This document shows positions 40,300-53,699 of a stretch of DNA of 64,000 nt, one piece after another. The DNA is from Lama glama (taxonomy: Eukaryota): NCBI GenBank assembly GCA_028534125.1, contig CM052818.1, positions 37,946,001 through 38,010,000 on the forward strand, read 5' to 3'. The notes beneath the pieces were generated by a model. That model was not told the origin of the DNA. It did not search any database and saw only the letters and a list, made by a program, of their open reading frames with translations. Positions within the stretch are counted from its first letter, which is position 1. The number at the start of each line of letters is the position of its first letter. The position numbers and the translations under genes were made by a program.

Positions 40300-41120
40300 T
40301 GGGGAAGCTAAGAGGAACCGATTCACTTAACATAAAATATTAGCATTCGTCAGAGTTTTTTATTTTTATTTTTTTCCACTCTGTGCGATTAAATCACCGT
40401 GAAAACAAATGGAGTTCCTCAAATGAGGTGTGACTGTGCCAGCTCCAAGAAAAACCCTAGGCGTGGTAATGAAGGAGGAAAAAAGGCCAAGTAGACATGG
40501 AAAATCTCTCATTACTTTACTGTAAGAATCTTAATTAGTCCCAAAGGTTCTTCTCACCCATTTTAAAGCAAACTCAGGTAGATCAGGCAATGAAATATCT
40601 GTCAATCAGTCTCCGCTAGAGTCGGCCACCCGACTTAGACGACTTGACCCTCTATCCTCGGAATTGTGAGTTGGCTAGGATTTTGCTCCATTCAAAAGAA
40701 CAGGCGTGTGAGTGGAATTGTGCCAATAACTGAGCCTTCCTAATTGAGCTCAGCCTTGTAAATTAATAAAAATTCCTGCCAATCAAACATGTGCATGTTT
40801 GCAGGAATATTACCAGTAGGTAATGGAGATAATTAATACTTCATGACATCAAGGTCTGAAATTAAAATCAAATCTGAGACTTAACTGCGATTATTAAATC
40901 TGAGGAAAATTATCTTTCAGATGACAAGTGTCACAACCTTCAACACCTGAATTAATAACGGGGAGCGAGCCTCCAAAGACACAGTGCACTTCTTTTTTCC
41001 TGCCTTGCAATAATTACCACTTCATGACATCAAGGACCTGTAACTGGCTCGAGATCATGCTGCGGATCGGTGAAGTCTTATTGCCGCAGAAAACACAGAT
41101 TCCAGGCAACTTACCTATAT
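40300..41120. promoter_or_regulatory. Candidate enhancer / conserved non-coding block
   Basis: No recognisable repeat, many TAAT/ATTA cores, retained CpGs and a duplicated 26-bp motif module. Conservation not tested. Confidence 0.4.
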
Positions 41121-41124
41121 AATT

Positions 41125-41290
41125 GAAAGAATACAGGACTGGGAGACTTGGGTTCTAGCCCATAGTCACACTGATGTGTAGCAAATCGTTTCACCTACCT
41201 GGGTCTTAGTTCACTCATCATGTGAAGCAAGTTTCTGCTCTGTTGAAAAGATTCACAGAAAGATCGCATAGAAAATTTTTAAAAATTATT
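41125..41290 (+). mobile_element. MIR SINE fragment
   Basis: 'gagacttgggttctagccc...tgtgtagcaaatcgtttcacctacctgggtcttagtt'. Confidence 0.6.
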
Positions 41291-41299
41291 TATTAGGTG

Positions 41300-41590
41300 T
41301 TTTATTCTATTCATTCACTCTCATATGTATTGCATGCCAGCCATTACATGGGATGTTTAGAAAACAGAGATTAGAAGACACAGTCCCTGATCTCAAAAGA
41401 CTTCACAACCTAACAAAGAAATTGTCTACATAAAGAGTATGGAGACCAGTTAACGCTCGGAGTCCACAGGAGGTGTGTCTCACGTGGCTGAAGTGGGAAG
41501 GATGAGCCGTTCTCAGGGAGACTCCCAAAGGAGATAATGTTGGGACTGAATCTTGGAAGACACACATCTTTTAACAGATAGATGAGCATT
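41300..41590 (-). mobile_element. LINE-2 3'-end fragment
   Basis: 'attcattcactc...atgccagccatt...aagacacagtccctgatctcaaaagacttcaca...gactgaatcttggaaga'. Confidence 0.6.
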
Positions 41591-44169
41591 CAAGGAACAA
41601 GGTTCAAAAATTATTTTTTCCCACCTTAACTAGATTGGAGTTGTTGATTTCCAGGGAATAGTTACTAACGTTTGACTATCGTAAGTACATGCTGAAAACA
41701 AAACACTGTTTCCCAAATCACAGTTGCATTCTTGAAGTGAAGTGGTATGGTTTATAAAAAGAAAAAAACAAAAAAGCCCCAGAAAAACAGTAACTTGCCT
41801 GAGGATAGCCAACTAGAAAGGACTGGAGCTGGGATTTCAACCACGTGGTGGTTTAATCAGTATTTTTAAGTATAATTAAGTACGACCTCGTTTTGTTTTG
41901 TTAAGATCAGAGAATTGCTGAGGGGAGGCCAACAAGGGCCCTTTCTCATAGGGTCATGACCCCAGTAAAGCAGCTGAATTGGGAACAGATCCCGGGCTCA
42001 GAGAGGAAGGTCACCGCCCTGCAGGGAGTGAAGTCATGGAGATCAGGCTGGTTTGCAGGGGTGAGAAGAGGGATGGGACTGACCGGAAGCCCACTGGACC
42101 CCACACTGAGGGCTGAAGAACACAGCGACTTCCTCTGTACTTATTTCCTGGCACGACCTTAGGGTCTCTGAGCTGGCTTTGGCCCTCGAACTGACCCCGG
42201 GAACACCACAGCTTCTTGTAACTGAGGAAAGAAAGGAAAGAGGCAGGTCCTAACAACACCCAGGGGGGACAGCGGGGGAGAGAAGAGAAGAGCTGTGTTC
42301 ATCTGAATCAGCCGAAGCGCTGCCTGCTGAGGGCCAGAGGGAAGAGCCGCAACTGTCCCCGCGGCTCCTTTTTGCGTCCCCTTCTGAAATATAGACCCGG
42401 AGGCTTCCCTTCTCTACAAGCTGGACAGAAGCCTGGGAGATGTTCACCCACACGGGTGGTGAAAGTATGAGAAATCTTTCCTCCCGGTGTGCAAAGAACC
42501 ACTGTCCAAGCTCTCTACCTTTCTGCCACCCCACTTCCTCCTTCAGGATCTTGCAGATTTTCCCTCAGGGGACCTTCAGGGCGTCTCTCCAACACTAGGG
42601 CCAGTGGCATCCTGTGGCCTGGCCCTTTGCATACACACTGTTAAATATTTTGAACATCACCACTTGATGCAAGAAAAATGGTAATCCCTGTGCCCTGGGG
42701 GACCCAGCTTCCCCTGCCCCTGGTCTCACTTGCTGCTTATATGTGAAGTCTCCTCTCAGCTCAGACATGACTGACTGGAAACTGCTGGGAAACTGACTGC
42801 ACAGAAGCACAGAGACCAAGTCTAAAATCTGGGTCTCCTGAGAGCCTGCAGAATAGGGGATTTGGAATGGATTTATAAAGAGGCAAACGAATGCTGCAGT
42901 TGAAAGGTAGCGAAATTTCCAAGCCAGATCTAGTCTCCTGGGAATCTGGTGTATATTAGCATAACTAGAGAAATCATTTTTTGAGCAACCGCCCAACCGC
43001 CAGAGTTGCTGTGGACTCCGTTATTTGCTCAGGAAGCCCTGGTGGGCTGCGTGTCCTCTGTGCGTGCTGCAGGGAGAGAAATCTGGAGGAGCCTACCCCG
43101 CTCTCTTGGAACAATGTTTATTCCCTGCCTCATCCTTCAAGAGAAGGCATATGTTTCTTCGATTTGTTGTTTGCAGCAAGGTGCAGCTTAGAGGGGAGGG
43201 TGGACGCGTCTGTGTTTGCCATGAAATTAAATAAGAGCAATGATACATAGCCAATGTGCACCCATAAATTTCAGGAAGGAAAATTCCAATGTGGCAGGAG
43301 GATAGAAGTAGCTGATATATTAGAAGGGAGCGACACTGAATCTTGTGCAAAACGAGAGAAATATAATTTCCCTGCATTATCTTGTCCCTTTCTTAATTGC
43401 CTACCAGGATGCATTCATCAACTAGTTTCCCTAGGCCCGAGCTTTCGACTTGCAAGCATTCTTATATAAAACCAGCTTGTGTTTTAAGTATAAAACGCAC
43501 TGCTTGTGCTATCACACCAGACACAGCAAATGGATAAAAATCTTCACTTGTCAGTTTCTAGATATAACACACTTTGCATTTCAAGACTGGGAAATAGGCT
43601 GCAAACACCAAGCACTGACAATAAATACGGGGGTTATGCTCATCAGCTGGGCCATGTTTACTGCCGAGCAGGCTCACACAACCACCCGGGACTTTGTGGA
43701 ATTGGGGTTGACAGGGAGAAAGGATGGCTGGCCATCCAGGCGACTCCCATCCCAGTGGCAGGCTCAGCGCCCCCACTCCAGACTTGGAATCAGTTGCTCA
43801 GAGAAGAGATGCACTCAAGCTCCTTTCAACCCTAAAGACCTACAGGAAAGGCACATTTGGAGAATGTGGGATAACTGGCAAGTCAGGAGACGAGAACATG
43901 GAGACCACACCAAGTCGGAGCATGTAAAAACCGTAACAACAACTCCGACATTCTGAGGGTCTATACCCCCAAAACAGTGGGATATAGAAGCTGATGGTGA
44001 TCCCCAAACCAGAGTGCCAGAAGGAAGAAGGATGCTAACCACTCTTCAGTCCAGCGATCCTCGAAGTGGCAGAAGGCACACTTCCATCTGCTCCTGCTTG
44101 AAAAGGGCCTTGTTCCATCTCCTGCCAGCCTGCCTCACTGCACAAATGGGTTGCAGTAAGAACTTGGTG

Positions 44170-44395
44170 CATAAAGCCAAAAACATACAGAAGCAATTCC
44201 TAGATCTGACACCAACTGTGTGATTTTGGGCTGATCATATAATCTCTTTTAGCCTCAGTTTCTTAATTTGTAATTTGGGGATAATAATATCAACCTCATA
44301 AAGTTATTGTGATTATTGGATTAGACACTGCACGTTAACAGCTTAGCATAGCGCCTGCTGTACAGTAAGTAACCATAAACCTTAAGTATCATTAT
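44170..44395 (+). mobile_element. MIR SINE
   Basis: 'ctgtgtgattttggg...gcctcagtttcttaatttgtaatttggggataataatatcaacctcataaagttattgtga...cttagcatagcgcctg'. Confidence 0.85.
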
Positions 44396-44524
44396 CTGCT
44401 TTTACTGATGGTGCACAAAAGCAGTGCATATGCATCAAATTTCAGGGAATTATGTTTAATAGTTTAGGTTTTTGACATCAAGGAAGAGTAGGTGACTTCA
44501 CCCAGAGCCACACAACTGGTCAAA

Positions 44525-45150
44525 ACGTATATTCTTTGATTTCTTTCATCATTGTTTTGTGTGTTTTCAGCATACAGATCTTGCACATTATTTCATTTAT
44601 TTTGGTGCTGTTGTAAATGGTATACTTAAAAATTTTTCCAAGTTCCAATTGTTCATTGTTGGTATATAAAAATGCAATTGATTTTATATGCTATTTGTAT
44701 GCTATGACCTTGGAAAACTCATGCATTCGTTCTAGGAAGGTCTCATAGTTTCCTTGAAATTTTCTATGAAGACAGTTGTGTCTTCTATGAATAGATACAG
44801 TGTTATTTCTTCTTTTCTTATGTGTATGCCTTTTATTTTTCTTTCTTTATTGCACTGGCTAGGTCTTCCAGTACAATCTTGAAAGGATTAGTGCCAAAGG
44901 AAATTCTTGCCTTAATCCTGATATTAGGGGGAAAGCAGTCACTCTTTCATATTATATATGATGTTAGCTGTAGGTTTTTGTTAGATGCCTTTTTATGAAG
45001 TCAAGAGATTCCCCTTCAATTTTTGGCATGCTCAACATCTTTATTATGAATGGGGATGTTGAACTTTTTCAAATGCTTTTTCTTTTCTCCCATCTATTGA
45101 GGTGATTTTTCTCCTTTTTTTGATACCATAAATTACACAGACTGTTTTTC
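44525..45150 (-). mobile_element. L1 ORF2 (RT region) fragment
   Basis: 'aaatgcaattgattttata', 'ttattgcactggctaggtcttccagtacaat', 'tatgatgttagctgtaggttttt', 'tcaaatgcttttt' are antisense L1 RT text. Confidence 0.85.
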
Positions 45151-46884
45151 AGATTTTTTAAATAAAATGAAGTGATTTTTATTTTCCAAGGACATTCTGA
45201 TTTAGAGAACTTTAGCAGGGAAACTGGGGAATAGATATTTACATCAGTGGTAAATTTAATCAATGGCTATCTCTTGTGGGTCCAAAAAGTAGGACAGCTG
45301 CTTCTGAGCTCAGCAAGAGCTTGTGAATTTGTCTAGGGTGTTCCATGCAAAACTGGTCTATGCCATTCCTTTATAAAATAAACTCATTTTAACATGTTAT
45401 TCTTTCCCAAAGCTTAAAATTAAGTGCTATAGAATTCAGTGGAAAAGGACCATATAGACACCAGCCAGCTCTGTCATAACTGAGGGCTGGGTAAGCTACA
45501 GAGATGGCTGAGCCAGCGTGCACAGGGCATCGGAGATACCATAACACATGCTCTAAGGGGCTCAAGCCAGAGAAGATAAAAGATGGGTAAACTGAGTACA
45601 TACACAGCCACCGCTCCCAGAGTTTTCTAGCCTCCAGTGAAAATTAGATGTGTGGGAGCTTGGATGGGGGCATTAGGAAAATAGTGATTAATCTGAGTCC
45701 TGAATTTTACAACGGTCATTGTCACTGTCTAAATGACGTCCCTTCCTAACTTACATTTTGCTTTCAAGTTCGATCTGCCTTAGACTTTAATGACTCCTTT
45801 CCGTGCTCTTTCTCGGTCCCTTTGCCCACCCTCCTCTTTGTCTCACATCCCTCTAGCAGTAGCTATTCTATGAAATGAGATTCTAAAAAGAAGAAGAAAA
45901 AAAGCAATACTTAAACCGCTTTCACAAGTAAAAATAACTGAAACTTCTTTCACTATTTAATTCCTTCCCCTGCAGTCTGGTGGGGAGAAGAACCCTCACA
46001 GCCCAGGTCTCTAGCAGATAATTTGGTTCGCACGTTCCATACGAAGGAAGCCATGTATTAAATTGGCATGAGCCCTTGCATTTCATCTCAGAAAGTGAGT
46101 GCTGGCTTGAAATGGAGGATCAGCTCGTGTGGGTATGAGATGGTGGCTGGGATCATAAACTGCTGCTCCTGGGCAGAGGACCGAATTATTAAAACTGTTG
46201 TTTATAGCCCTTATCATTTACAAACAGGTGAACACAGAAAAAAGACTTTCAATTTCCCTAAATTAATTTTCAGTCGAAGGTTCTCTTGTGTTAAAAAGAT
46301 AAGAAACTTGTATAGAATTACAGTACAAGAAGTTTACAGCGGTGTAAAGGACCTGCAAGTCTAGGGTTATCTGGCAAATATGGGTGAAATGACATTTGTC
46401 AGAATGACTCTTACTCTTCATGACACATTTGAGAAATGAAATTGAAATGCCTCTGAGACCACTAATGCCCTAATTTGTGATCCCATTACCTGTGAACAAC
46501 TACCCGGGTAAGATCAGTAAAATTGGCTCTAAGATATTAATTGTTGGCAAAAGAGATGGTCAGAACACTGATGCATGGGAAGGCCAAGTCTGCTGTGTTA
46601 CTGTAGTTTAATATCAAGGGATCCTTCCCCCAAGCCAGCGCCACCTGCTCAATGAAGGACTCCTCGGCATTTCAATGTGAAGAGGCATCATCTTTCTTTC
46701 TCCTCTCCTGACTGGTACTACTACCACGGTGCGATGAATTAACAACACCCCCCTCCCCGTCTACACATACTCCTTTCCATAATATTCTACTCATATACGT
46801 CTCTCTCCAACCTTATATACACACTCCCTAACATATATACACTTACAAACCTTTTGCATCTGTATAATAGTAATGATCATTTAT

Positions 46885-47060
46885 AATAGTAATAACTTAT
46901 ATTTACTTGGTGCTTACAATGTCCAAGCAACTTGTCAAGCATTTTATATACATTAACTCATTTCCAAAAACCCTACTTGCTAGAACTACAATAACTACAC
47001 CCATTCTACTCATGAGAAAGTTGAATATTAGAAGTCAGGTAACCTGCTCGAGTTCAAGAG
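46885..47060 (-). mobile_element. MIR SINE fragment
   Basis: 'atttacttggtgcttacaatgtccaagc...attttatatacattaactcattt...cccattctactcatgagaaagttga'. Confidence 0.7.
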
Positions 47061-49114
47061 TTCAACAGCTCTTACAGAGTAACCATGTGTCAAGTACCAT
47101 ACTGTATGCTTTTTAAATATCTGCACCCCAAAGCATGTTTCTTATAAAAATTCTCCTGGTTCTTGCCTTTTTAATGTAAGGGAGCATTTTTTTTAGTCCA
47201 CTGTTCCATCTATTCATCCATTTTGCCATGACAAATTATTGAGAAATTGGAATCTCACCTCCGTGTTATGTTTCTCTTCACCACCTCAACCTACAGAAAT
47301 TCCTCCGACATTCGAGATTTTGCTGTTTCACTTAGCATTCGTCAATTCCAATCATGTCTTTTTGTTCATTCTGGGTTATAATACTGGAATTATTTTAATG
47401 TCCTTCTGGAGCACAGAACTGGGCACCCAGTTCAAGCTTGGTGATTCCTATTGAATAATCTCATAATTGGACAAGTAACCCAAAGTTGCATACTCAGAGC
47501 AGCCATGTTAACAATTGCAAATAAAACAAAGTAACAATTTTTAAAAGCAAGTTTTGATGCCTTTTGGGAAAATGGTACCACATATCAAAGCCAAAGGAAT
47601 GATTCCTGTAAGAATAGACGGAATCAAAAAAGGGCCAAGTCAGGAATTCCATTTCTACACTAGGAAAAAATCCTCTAACTGGGGGCTGTAGCTTAATCTC
47701 AGAAAAAAGCCACTTAGTCTTTTACACAAAGTGAAGTGAAACAGCGATGCTTCATGTCCGCTACCTTCTCTGGGCTCATGAAAGTCTGTACTGTGACCCA
47801 GAGATCACAAGTCACTCTTTAATGCCCCCACAAGAGTGTGAAGACAGATCTGTTTGGATCAGATGTTCAGGATTCTTTTGAGCAGGACACAGAACTGACA
47901 TTCATTAAATACTTTCCTCCAAACATTTTACTCTCATTATGTACAACAAGGGCTTAGGTTAGCAAGGATTACAGAATGAATTATTCTAAAGCAAGAAGCT
48001 TTAGCCTTAAGACATAAAAATAGAGAGAAACTGGCTTAAGGGAAAAAAAAAACAATGTAGGATTAGATTATGAACTTGTTCACTGAACAGTTACATAGCA
48101 ATTTGCTAAGGTAATTATTACCATTAATTTGAGAGCCAATAATTATCATAGCAGTTCTACCATTTCATCTCTCATTTATTCTGAAATCCTAGAAGCAGGG
48201 TTTTTTCTTTTTTGTTGTTGCTGTTTTGCTGTTTTTTTTGTTTTTTCAGATACCTGGCTTGCTTGACTGGTCCAAAACCCTCTGTTCTAATGACTTTTAT
48301 AATCTTAAGCATTGTTTGGTGGGAATCACAAATTTCTCAGATAGCCTTCTTACGTTAGTGAAGCAATGCACTGAAATCCGAGAGGTAATTCATCTTGGTC
48401 ACCCTTCCTTCTGCAGAGCACTCCAGCCTGAAGGTTAATAGAAAAGAAGGCAGTGGCTGCCATCTTGGATCTCATTCCATTTCAATTTTCTGGTCACAAA
48501 CACCATGATATTTCTAGCCAAGAGAGGTGAACAGGAGCATATAACTCTCCCCTTGATGCCTTTCCCTCAGGCCTTTCGGTCTTTGGAGTGCAGGACTTGG
48601 TGCTGGTTTAATTGAACCGCTGTGCTTGGCTTCTCCCCTGAAAGAGAGAGATATATAGTCCCTCTGGTGACTTGTTGCAACAGATTTCAAACTCAGCTGG
48701 ATTTAACCCTGGGAATTAAAAATACTGCCTGAGATCATGAGCCCAGCGAAAAGAGCAACTCCAGACACTGGCGTGTGAGCAAGCACTTTACAAAGGGGGT
48801 GCAAAAGCTCTGGCTTTTCTCCCACTTGGCCACCACAGACTTGCGCTGCTCAATTCTCTTTTTTAAACCATAATAATGGCTGGTTTGGGGCATGGGTGAC
48901 CGTGTTGTATCTTGGTGGAACATCTAATAAATCTGTGCCTGAGGCAATAAAAAACCAATGTCCTTGGCTTAGAGAAGATACATGCTTCATAACCTTGAAA
49001 GAAGACAATTATCGGCCCTAGCTCATTTTCTCATATGGGTTAAAACGAGCTCATGTAAATCCAAATAACCTAATGAAGTGCACTGATGGTTTTAGAAGAA
49101 GAGCTAGAATCAAA

Positions 49115-49310
49115 GGCTTACAGAATCTGGAACTAGAGAGTATCATAAGGACAATCTAATGCAACTAACTGAAAAAAAAAATTTTTTTTTTAAACTGAGG
49201 CCCAGAGTTGGCTTGTTCAATTGCTCAGCCAGTTGGGGGAAGGATGAAGTCAATATTAAGAAATGTTTAGGTCTTCCAGGTCCAAAGACTTTCTCTCTCC
49301 TCTACACAAC
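49115..49310 (-). mobile_element. MIR/MIR3-like fragment
   Basis: 'acagaatctggaactagagag...atctaatgcaac...aaactgaggcccagag...cttgttcaa'. Confidence 0.55.
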
Positions 49311-51559
49311 ACTGCTTCAAAGCACTCAGGGAAGCTCTGAAGCCAGCTTCCTAATTATGCTACATAAGAGAAGGATGAGGTTGGCAGGGCTTTGTAAAGC
49401 CCCAGGAAGACAGTATGCTTGACCGGACTAGAAATGCCTACAAGCAGCCAAACAAACACCCACATGTTCCTTTCCATATTTGGCCTCATAATTCAACTTT
49501 CCCCAGTGTTACCCTCGGACTGGGCTCAGGATGGAACCAGCTAGATAAGGATGGCTGTTGGAACCAAAGTTTCCATGGGGTCTGCATGTGGGACTCTTAT
49601 GACCGGAGAAAATCTTTCAACAGGCAAAGAGGAAAGGAGGCTCTCCAGGATGTACGGAAATCAAGCATCAGGAAATAGATACGAATCTAGGTGGGCATTG
49701 TTATTAGCTGGGGCTGTTGTGCCTTTAATCCATTATTGTCCCTCCAGACCCAGACCCGAAGGACTAGCACAGAAGGCATTGCAAGGCAGAGCCTTAATCC
49801 AACACGAATCTTTTCACTCTAGCTCAAGGTAATGAAATCCAACCACTTATTAAGTCTCCTGAAGTCTGCCATGCTTCTTGCTCACGATAGATGTACAGAG
49901 ATGAATGGGTCACACTCACTGTCCGCAAGAAAGAGACAGACGTGTACTTCTGTCTTTCTGAAGTGAGGACTTCAGAACAACGTGGTGCCATGACAGAAGC
50001 AGCATGTGGTCCGAGGAAGCAGCTGAGAGCAACTCAGTATGGGAGAACCAGACAGAGATCTCGTCCCTACTGCAGTCAAACCTCCCGGGTGAGGGAACGA
50101 AGTGATCCCAGAGCCTTTGTGCAGGAAAAATCTGTGCCCAAGGATGAGTGAATATGGCTGAGGATGTGTCATTACTATTACAGAAGATCAAGTGGCCTTT
50201 CCTTCAAAGACACCAGTAGAACAATAGGAGGGCATTCTCCGGCCATGATCACCTCCAGTATGCGTTGAGGTTGGGGTCCAGGAACTAGCTGCAGGGCAAC
50301 ATGGTTCTGCCACCCCAAAATCTTTGCTATTAGAAAAGCTGCAATGTGGCATAGGATACCAAGGCCCTCCTTTTTAGAGGAACCAAAACGACACAGGACC
50401 CTGGGGTGCTGGGAGCAATATAACTGTCAGTTACAAGTGGGCATCAAACAATGTGCTGCATTGTTGGTGTTTTTCAGTCCCTGTTTAAGAATAGACATGG
50501 CACCTTCAAAGGGAGACAGCTCAGTTTTATAGACACCTGCTTCTACTGTGAGCTGCTACTCTGCTTTTACCTGGGCCCTCTCTTGGCCAGGCACCCCCAT
50601 GTCGCACAGATACAGCCCCTCTGCGAACTGTATGGTGAACCACTGGGAGTCAAGACCCTTCGGGGCTCAGGCAGTTGAAGACGATAAATGATCTTGACTG
50701 TGCCTTTTGGACCTGGGCAAAGACTCTTTCCTTGGGCCTTAGTTCCTCCCTGAGATCCCCTAAGGACATGGCAGATGGAGGAAGAGCCCTCCCAAGGAAG
50801 CGGTAAAGAAATACTGATTCAATGACAGCATCCAACTTTTGTGATTATAAAACGTAGGGAGGCAGCCCAGCGCCAGGGCTGCGTGGGAATGGGGAGGAAG
50901 GGAAGAGAGGTGGTAAACATCAGTGTGTCCTGAAGCTGTCGCCTGTCCTCAGCGCAGTCAAGCAGAGAAAACGTAGGAGAGGAGGAGTCCTTCCCCGTGT
51001 GCCTGGGGCTCCACAGGGAGCGTAAGATCCTCCTCATTATCCTGCTCCACCTCAGTGAAGACGAGGCCCCGGAACAGAAGGGATAAGTGACATTAGAAGC
51101 AGTCACTCTCCTGCTCAGGGAGTTCTGTGTCTCATAACGCCCCTCCCTGATGAATGTCTGCTGTCTGGAGATTCAGGACCCACACAATTACTGGCCTGGC
51201 GTCGCAGCTAGACTGGCTGCCTGGCTGGGTCCAAAATGGCCACGGGACAGATTATTCAGAGGCATTCTTCTCCAGGGAAATCCCTCTGGCAATATCCACA
51301 CCCTGAAGTCACAGTGCACGCTCAGACACAGACGTGGTCCTTGCTGGCACCTTTCTGACACACAACAGAGATTTAATGCAAGCCCAGAGACACTGACGGC
51401 ACTGCCAGCCCAATGCCGGTGGGAAGACGTTTGCACAGTGCCAGTCCTAGTGCCCCTGCCGCTGTTTCCTTAACGTGCGTCCCAGGAAGTGCGAGCTGCG
51501 ACTTGACTTTCCGCGTGGTGCTGTCCACGCACACTCTAATACACACGGGGCTCCAGATG

Positions 51560-52100
51560 TTGAACGCTGACTCACCATTTTCCTCCTTGACCTTCCTGCC
51601 ATACTCATCACAACCACTTCCCCAACATCTGCCCTTCCCAACTTCCCTGCCTTACTCCCCTCCACTCTCTTTCCCCCACCTTCTGTGAACACTCACTTCT
51701 GGACACTCACCACCCTCTCCCAGCTCTATCACCTTATTCACCCTGCCCCTCTCAGGTCCAATACTTTGCCTCCTCTTAACCCGCCCAGAAAAACTGTTTC
51801 CTTTTTGAGACATTCCCAATACTACCAGATGAAGTGTGATTTCTCTTGCTCCCTCAAACTCCGGAGCTCTGGTTGTGCGCTGGAGGTTGTGAGTACCTGT
51901 TTCCAGTTTCAGGTTCAGGCACGTCAAGGCTGAGAGCGTGGATCGTCCTTGGTGGTGAGAGCACTGTACTTACACCATGGGAACTGCTAAGTGCTACAAA
52001 TCTGAGCTTCCTGCTGACCCCAACACCAGCCCGTTTATGAAGAGCACGTAGCACAGGGGATTACATACAGGTGGTACTCAGTAAATTATTACTGAATGGG
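51560..52100 (+). mobile_element. LINE-2 3'-end fragment
   Basis: Pyrimidine-rich body ending 'gcacgtagcacagg...catacaggtggtactcagtaaattattactgaatgg'. Confidence 0.5.
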
Positions 52101-53699
52101 TTTTCACATACTAAAGACATTGTTTTTCTGGTCTCCACTATGGACAATTTTTTTTTTTTGGTCTGCTTGTTTATTGAAGGGTAAAATATTTAACCATTAT
52201 GAGTGGAAGAACTTGATAAAATAATCAAGAGCATGATTTGTAAGAATGTTGCTTTGTTTACAAACAGAACACCTGGATTTCAACAGGGTCCAAAGCATCA
52301 CTGCCCCCCTGCAAAGCCAGCAGGCTTCATGTTCGCCTCCAGCAGACAGGTTTGCTCATCTGAGGATAAAAGTCTCTCCTGCCAAGAACAGACTTTTGAA
52401 AACAATTGTTGGAGCCCCAAAATAACCGTGGCTCTTTATCTTTCCTTTATTTTTTTCCCCCAGAACAAGAATAGCCTTAAAAGACGTTTTTGATCTGAGA
52501 TACCCATTTTCTTGGACCGTAATCTTAACCCACATGCCACCTAGCTATGAACTTCTTTTTGATGAGAAAAACTGAAAAGGGTGAGAAATGGTCCAGATCC
52601 AGTCTGGGAGGCAGAGGGTATGTGGCTCAAAAATAGTCACAATACTTCAGAGTCTTCAGGGAGTGAAAGAGGCATCTGTGTGCCGTAAAATTCTGGTTCT
52701 AAATATCCCCCAGCCTCCGATTTTTGAAGCAAGCCGTATCAGTAAGTGCATGCAGGCACACAAAAGCTGGCTCATTTAAGTAACCAAGGATGTGAGGTAG
52801 CTCATAGAATCAACAGAAGTCTGGTGAGCCAGATTCAGGAAACAGGCGGGAATCAGAAAACAAGGTGGCAGGACACAGCCTAGGTCATGCCCTTGATAAA
52901 TCACGTGCTAGAATCTCCACACTTCTCTTACTTGTGGATGATTTCTCAACTGCATCTAGGTATTTCCATTTCTTAGTCCAGATGTGAAGCCCTGGGCAGG
53001 AGTCTTAGCGTAGCTGAAGCCCAGATCACATAGCCCCGTGTTAGCTAAATGGTTGACCTCTCTAAGCTTCTGTAAGGGGAAACAGGCACTGCCTCCCATA
53101 AGAATTCCACTCTAGGGGATGACTTCAGATAAAGAGGGCGTACAGATCCTGTGGAGCTGAAGCACAAAATGAGAACTACACATTCAAGTACAAAAAGAAT
53201 GAAAACAGGAAAGAACAAAAGAAGACCACCCCTGATGCGCTTGTGCATCCACCTTCCCAGGTAAAAAGATATCCTGAAAGTAATTCACAGTTAAAATTGC
53301 CATTAAGGTATACCTTGAATATATCTGGACAGTGAAATACTACTTAACTCATTTTTAAATAATTTCTTCCATTCACCTGTCTATTAAGCCAGGTAAAGTG
53401 TTGTTTGGTCCAGCATTTGTGTATAAAGTGGGGGAGAAAAACACATTTGGAAAAGAGATGCCTGACTTACTCCTGAAAAACCTAAACCAACCCTTGTTTG
53501 GTTTATGCACTAAAAACAATGAATTAACTGTAATTCCATTTTCCCATTATGTCATCAAAGAATAATGACTCCCATTTTAAAGTTCAGAGAGTCGTTTTGA
53601 TAATCAGAAATCCACTAGAGTCATCACTATTGGTTGCCTGCCCCATATGCTTGTATACTTTTGGTCCTGACAGAAAGCTCATTTGCTTTATACGTCCAT

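Noticed and set aside
43450..43956. Longest ORF in the track (168 aa)
   Set aside because: Non-ATG start, no recognisable domain, no convincing splice context and several overlapping ORFs. Consistent with chance.
49172..49191. A10T10 perfect palindrome
   Set aside because: Mononucleotide expansion inside a MIR-like fragment, with no sign of function.
50650..51500. GC-richer segment with several ORFs, considered as an exon or processed pseudogene
   Set aside because: The frames I examined resembled no known protein, and I saw no poly(A)/TSD or convincing splice pair.
52700..53050. Possible very old MaLR (MLT1K/L-like) LTR
   Set aside because: Resemblance too weak to call without a profile search.
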